Shown one piece after another: positions 63,087 to 64,000 of a DNA stretch of 64,000 nucleotides; the stretch's first letter is position 1, and each line of letters opens with the position of its first letter. Origin of the DNA: Octopus sinensis (lineage: Eukaryota); contig NC_042998.1 in the NCBI RefSeq assembly GCF_006345805.1, positions 186,620,001 to 186,684,000 of the forward strand, in the 5' to 3' direction. A program made the translations under genes and the position numbers. The notes below the pieces were generated by a model. That model had not been told where the DNA came from and did no database searches. It worked only from the letters and a program-made list of their open reading frames with translations.

Positions 63087-63265
63087 TCAAACACACACAC
63101 ACAGATATGTATGCGACGGGCTTCTTTCAATTTCCGTCTACTAAATCCACTCACAAGGCTTTGGTCGGCCCGAAGCCCTAGTAGAAGACATTTGTCCAAG
63201 GTACCACGCAGTGAGACTGAACCCGGAACCACGTTGTGGGCAAGCAAACCTCTTACCACACAGCC
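62575..63265 (-). mobile_element. tRNA-SINE family C with an expanded internal (TACA)n/(TGCA) tract of about 300 bp
   Basis: Family C head at 63110-63265, degenerate 3' half at 62575-62760. Confidence 0.85.
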
Positions 63266-64000
63266 ATGCCTGTGTCTCTAAGGCAATATTTTTCCAAGTA
63301 AAGAAACAGCAGTCGTTGTTTGATCCCAGATCTCCCCTGTGGGCGGACAATCGAAGATATTCCAATAATAAGCAGCCCATCTTAGTTATGATTATATCAT
63401 GTAATATGTACTTCTGTTTTTGAAAGAGATTTGGCTACTATTTCTAGCAGGTCGAGTGACCTCGTAGATGCTCCGGTGTTGATTTGGACAACAGTTGCGT
63501 GAGCTGAATGGTTTGCACCTCTTATTCAAAATGTTGTCATCCTTTTCCGAAAACAATCTATTAAAAAAAAAAATTATTTACAATAGCCGACGAAAAATGA
63601 GAAAAGCCTGAGTAAGATAAATGGATAATTTTTGGCGCAAAGGGATGTACAAGTTAATTATATCGACCCTAGTACTATATTTTTATCGATCTTGGAAGGA
63701 GGAAAGACACATTTGACCTCGGTAGAATTTGAACTCAGAACGTAAAGAGCTAGAAGAAATGCTGCTATGCATTTGTCCGGTGCACTAACAATTCTACCAG
63801 CTCAAAAATTTCTTTTATTTGCCAAAAACACAAGTCCAATGGTCTTGAATGGCGAAGACGAGGGCGCAACGTAGTAACAAAACCCTAATTCAGTTTTTGA
63901 CTGGTAGGGACGGTTGCGAACTATTCGGCTCCGAGCAGATGTGTCCACCTCGGTGGCCCAAAACGCTATGCTCTGCAAAAGGCCTGTAATAGCAATTGAA

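Overview
AT-rich, microsatellite-dense eukaryotic genomic DNA, most likely from an octopus or other coleoid cephalopod (inferred from recognisable SINE families, not from a database search). There is no CRISPR array and no prokaryotic operon. Most listed ORFs are microsatellite or repeat artefacts. Mobile content includes about 25 copies of a tRNA-headed 'Meta-domain-like' SINE, CORE-like and other tRNA SINEs, LINE fossils (HERO, RTE, CR1/L2), an internally deleted Gypsy element with both LTRs, DNA-transposon fossils and MITEs (hAT, mariner, Chapaev3-like, Merlin-like), and Helitrons. Also present are a near full-length U2 snRNA copy, three phase-compatible minus-strand exons encoding a membrane anchor (1909-2578) and a tentative plus-strand exon chain (27506-31217). 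The most interesting signal is that the dominant SINE appears to target its own head. Its 3' end (GGTATT) matches a motif in its 5' region, several TSDs begin with GGTAT, one dimer sits at that exact site inside an older copy with a 17-bp TSD, and the tandem arrays are mosaics of different subfamilies. Other notable structures are an inverted pair of tRNA-like Pol III units, snap-back retro-insertions with 12-bp TSDs, and a near-perfect palindrome with a 1-nt loop.
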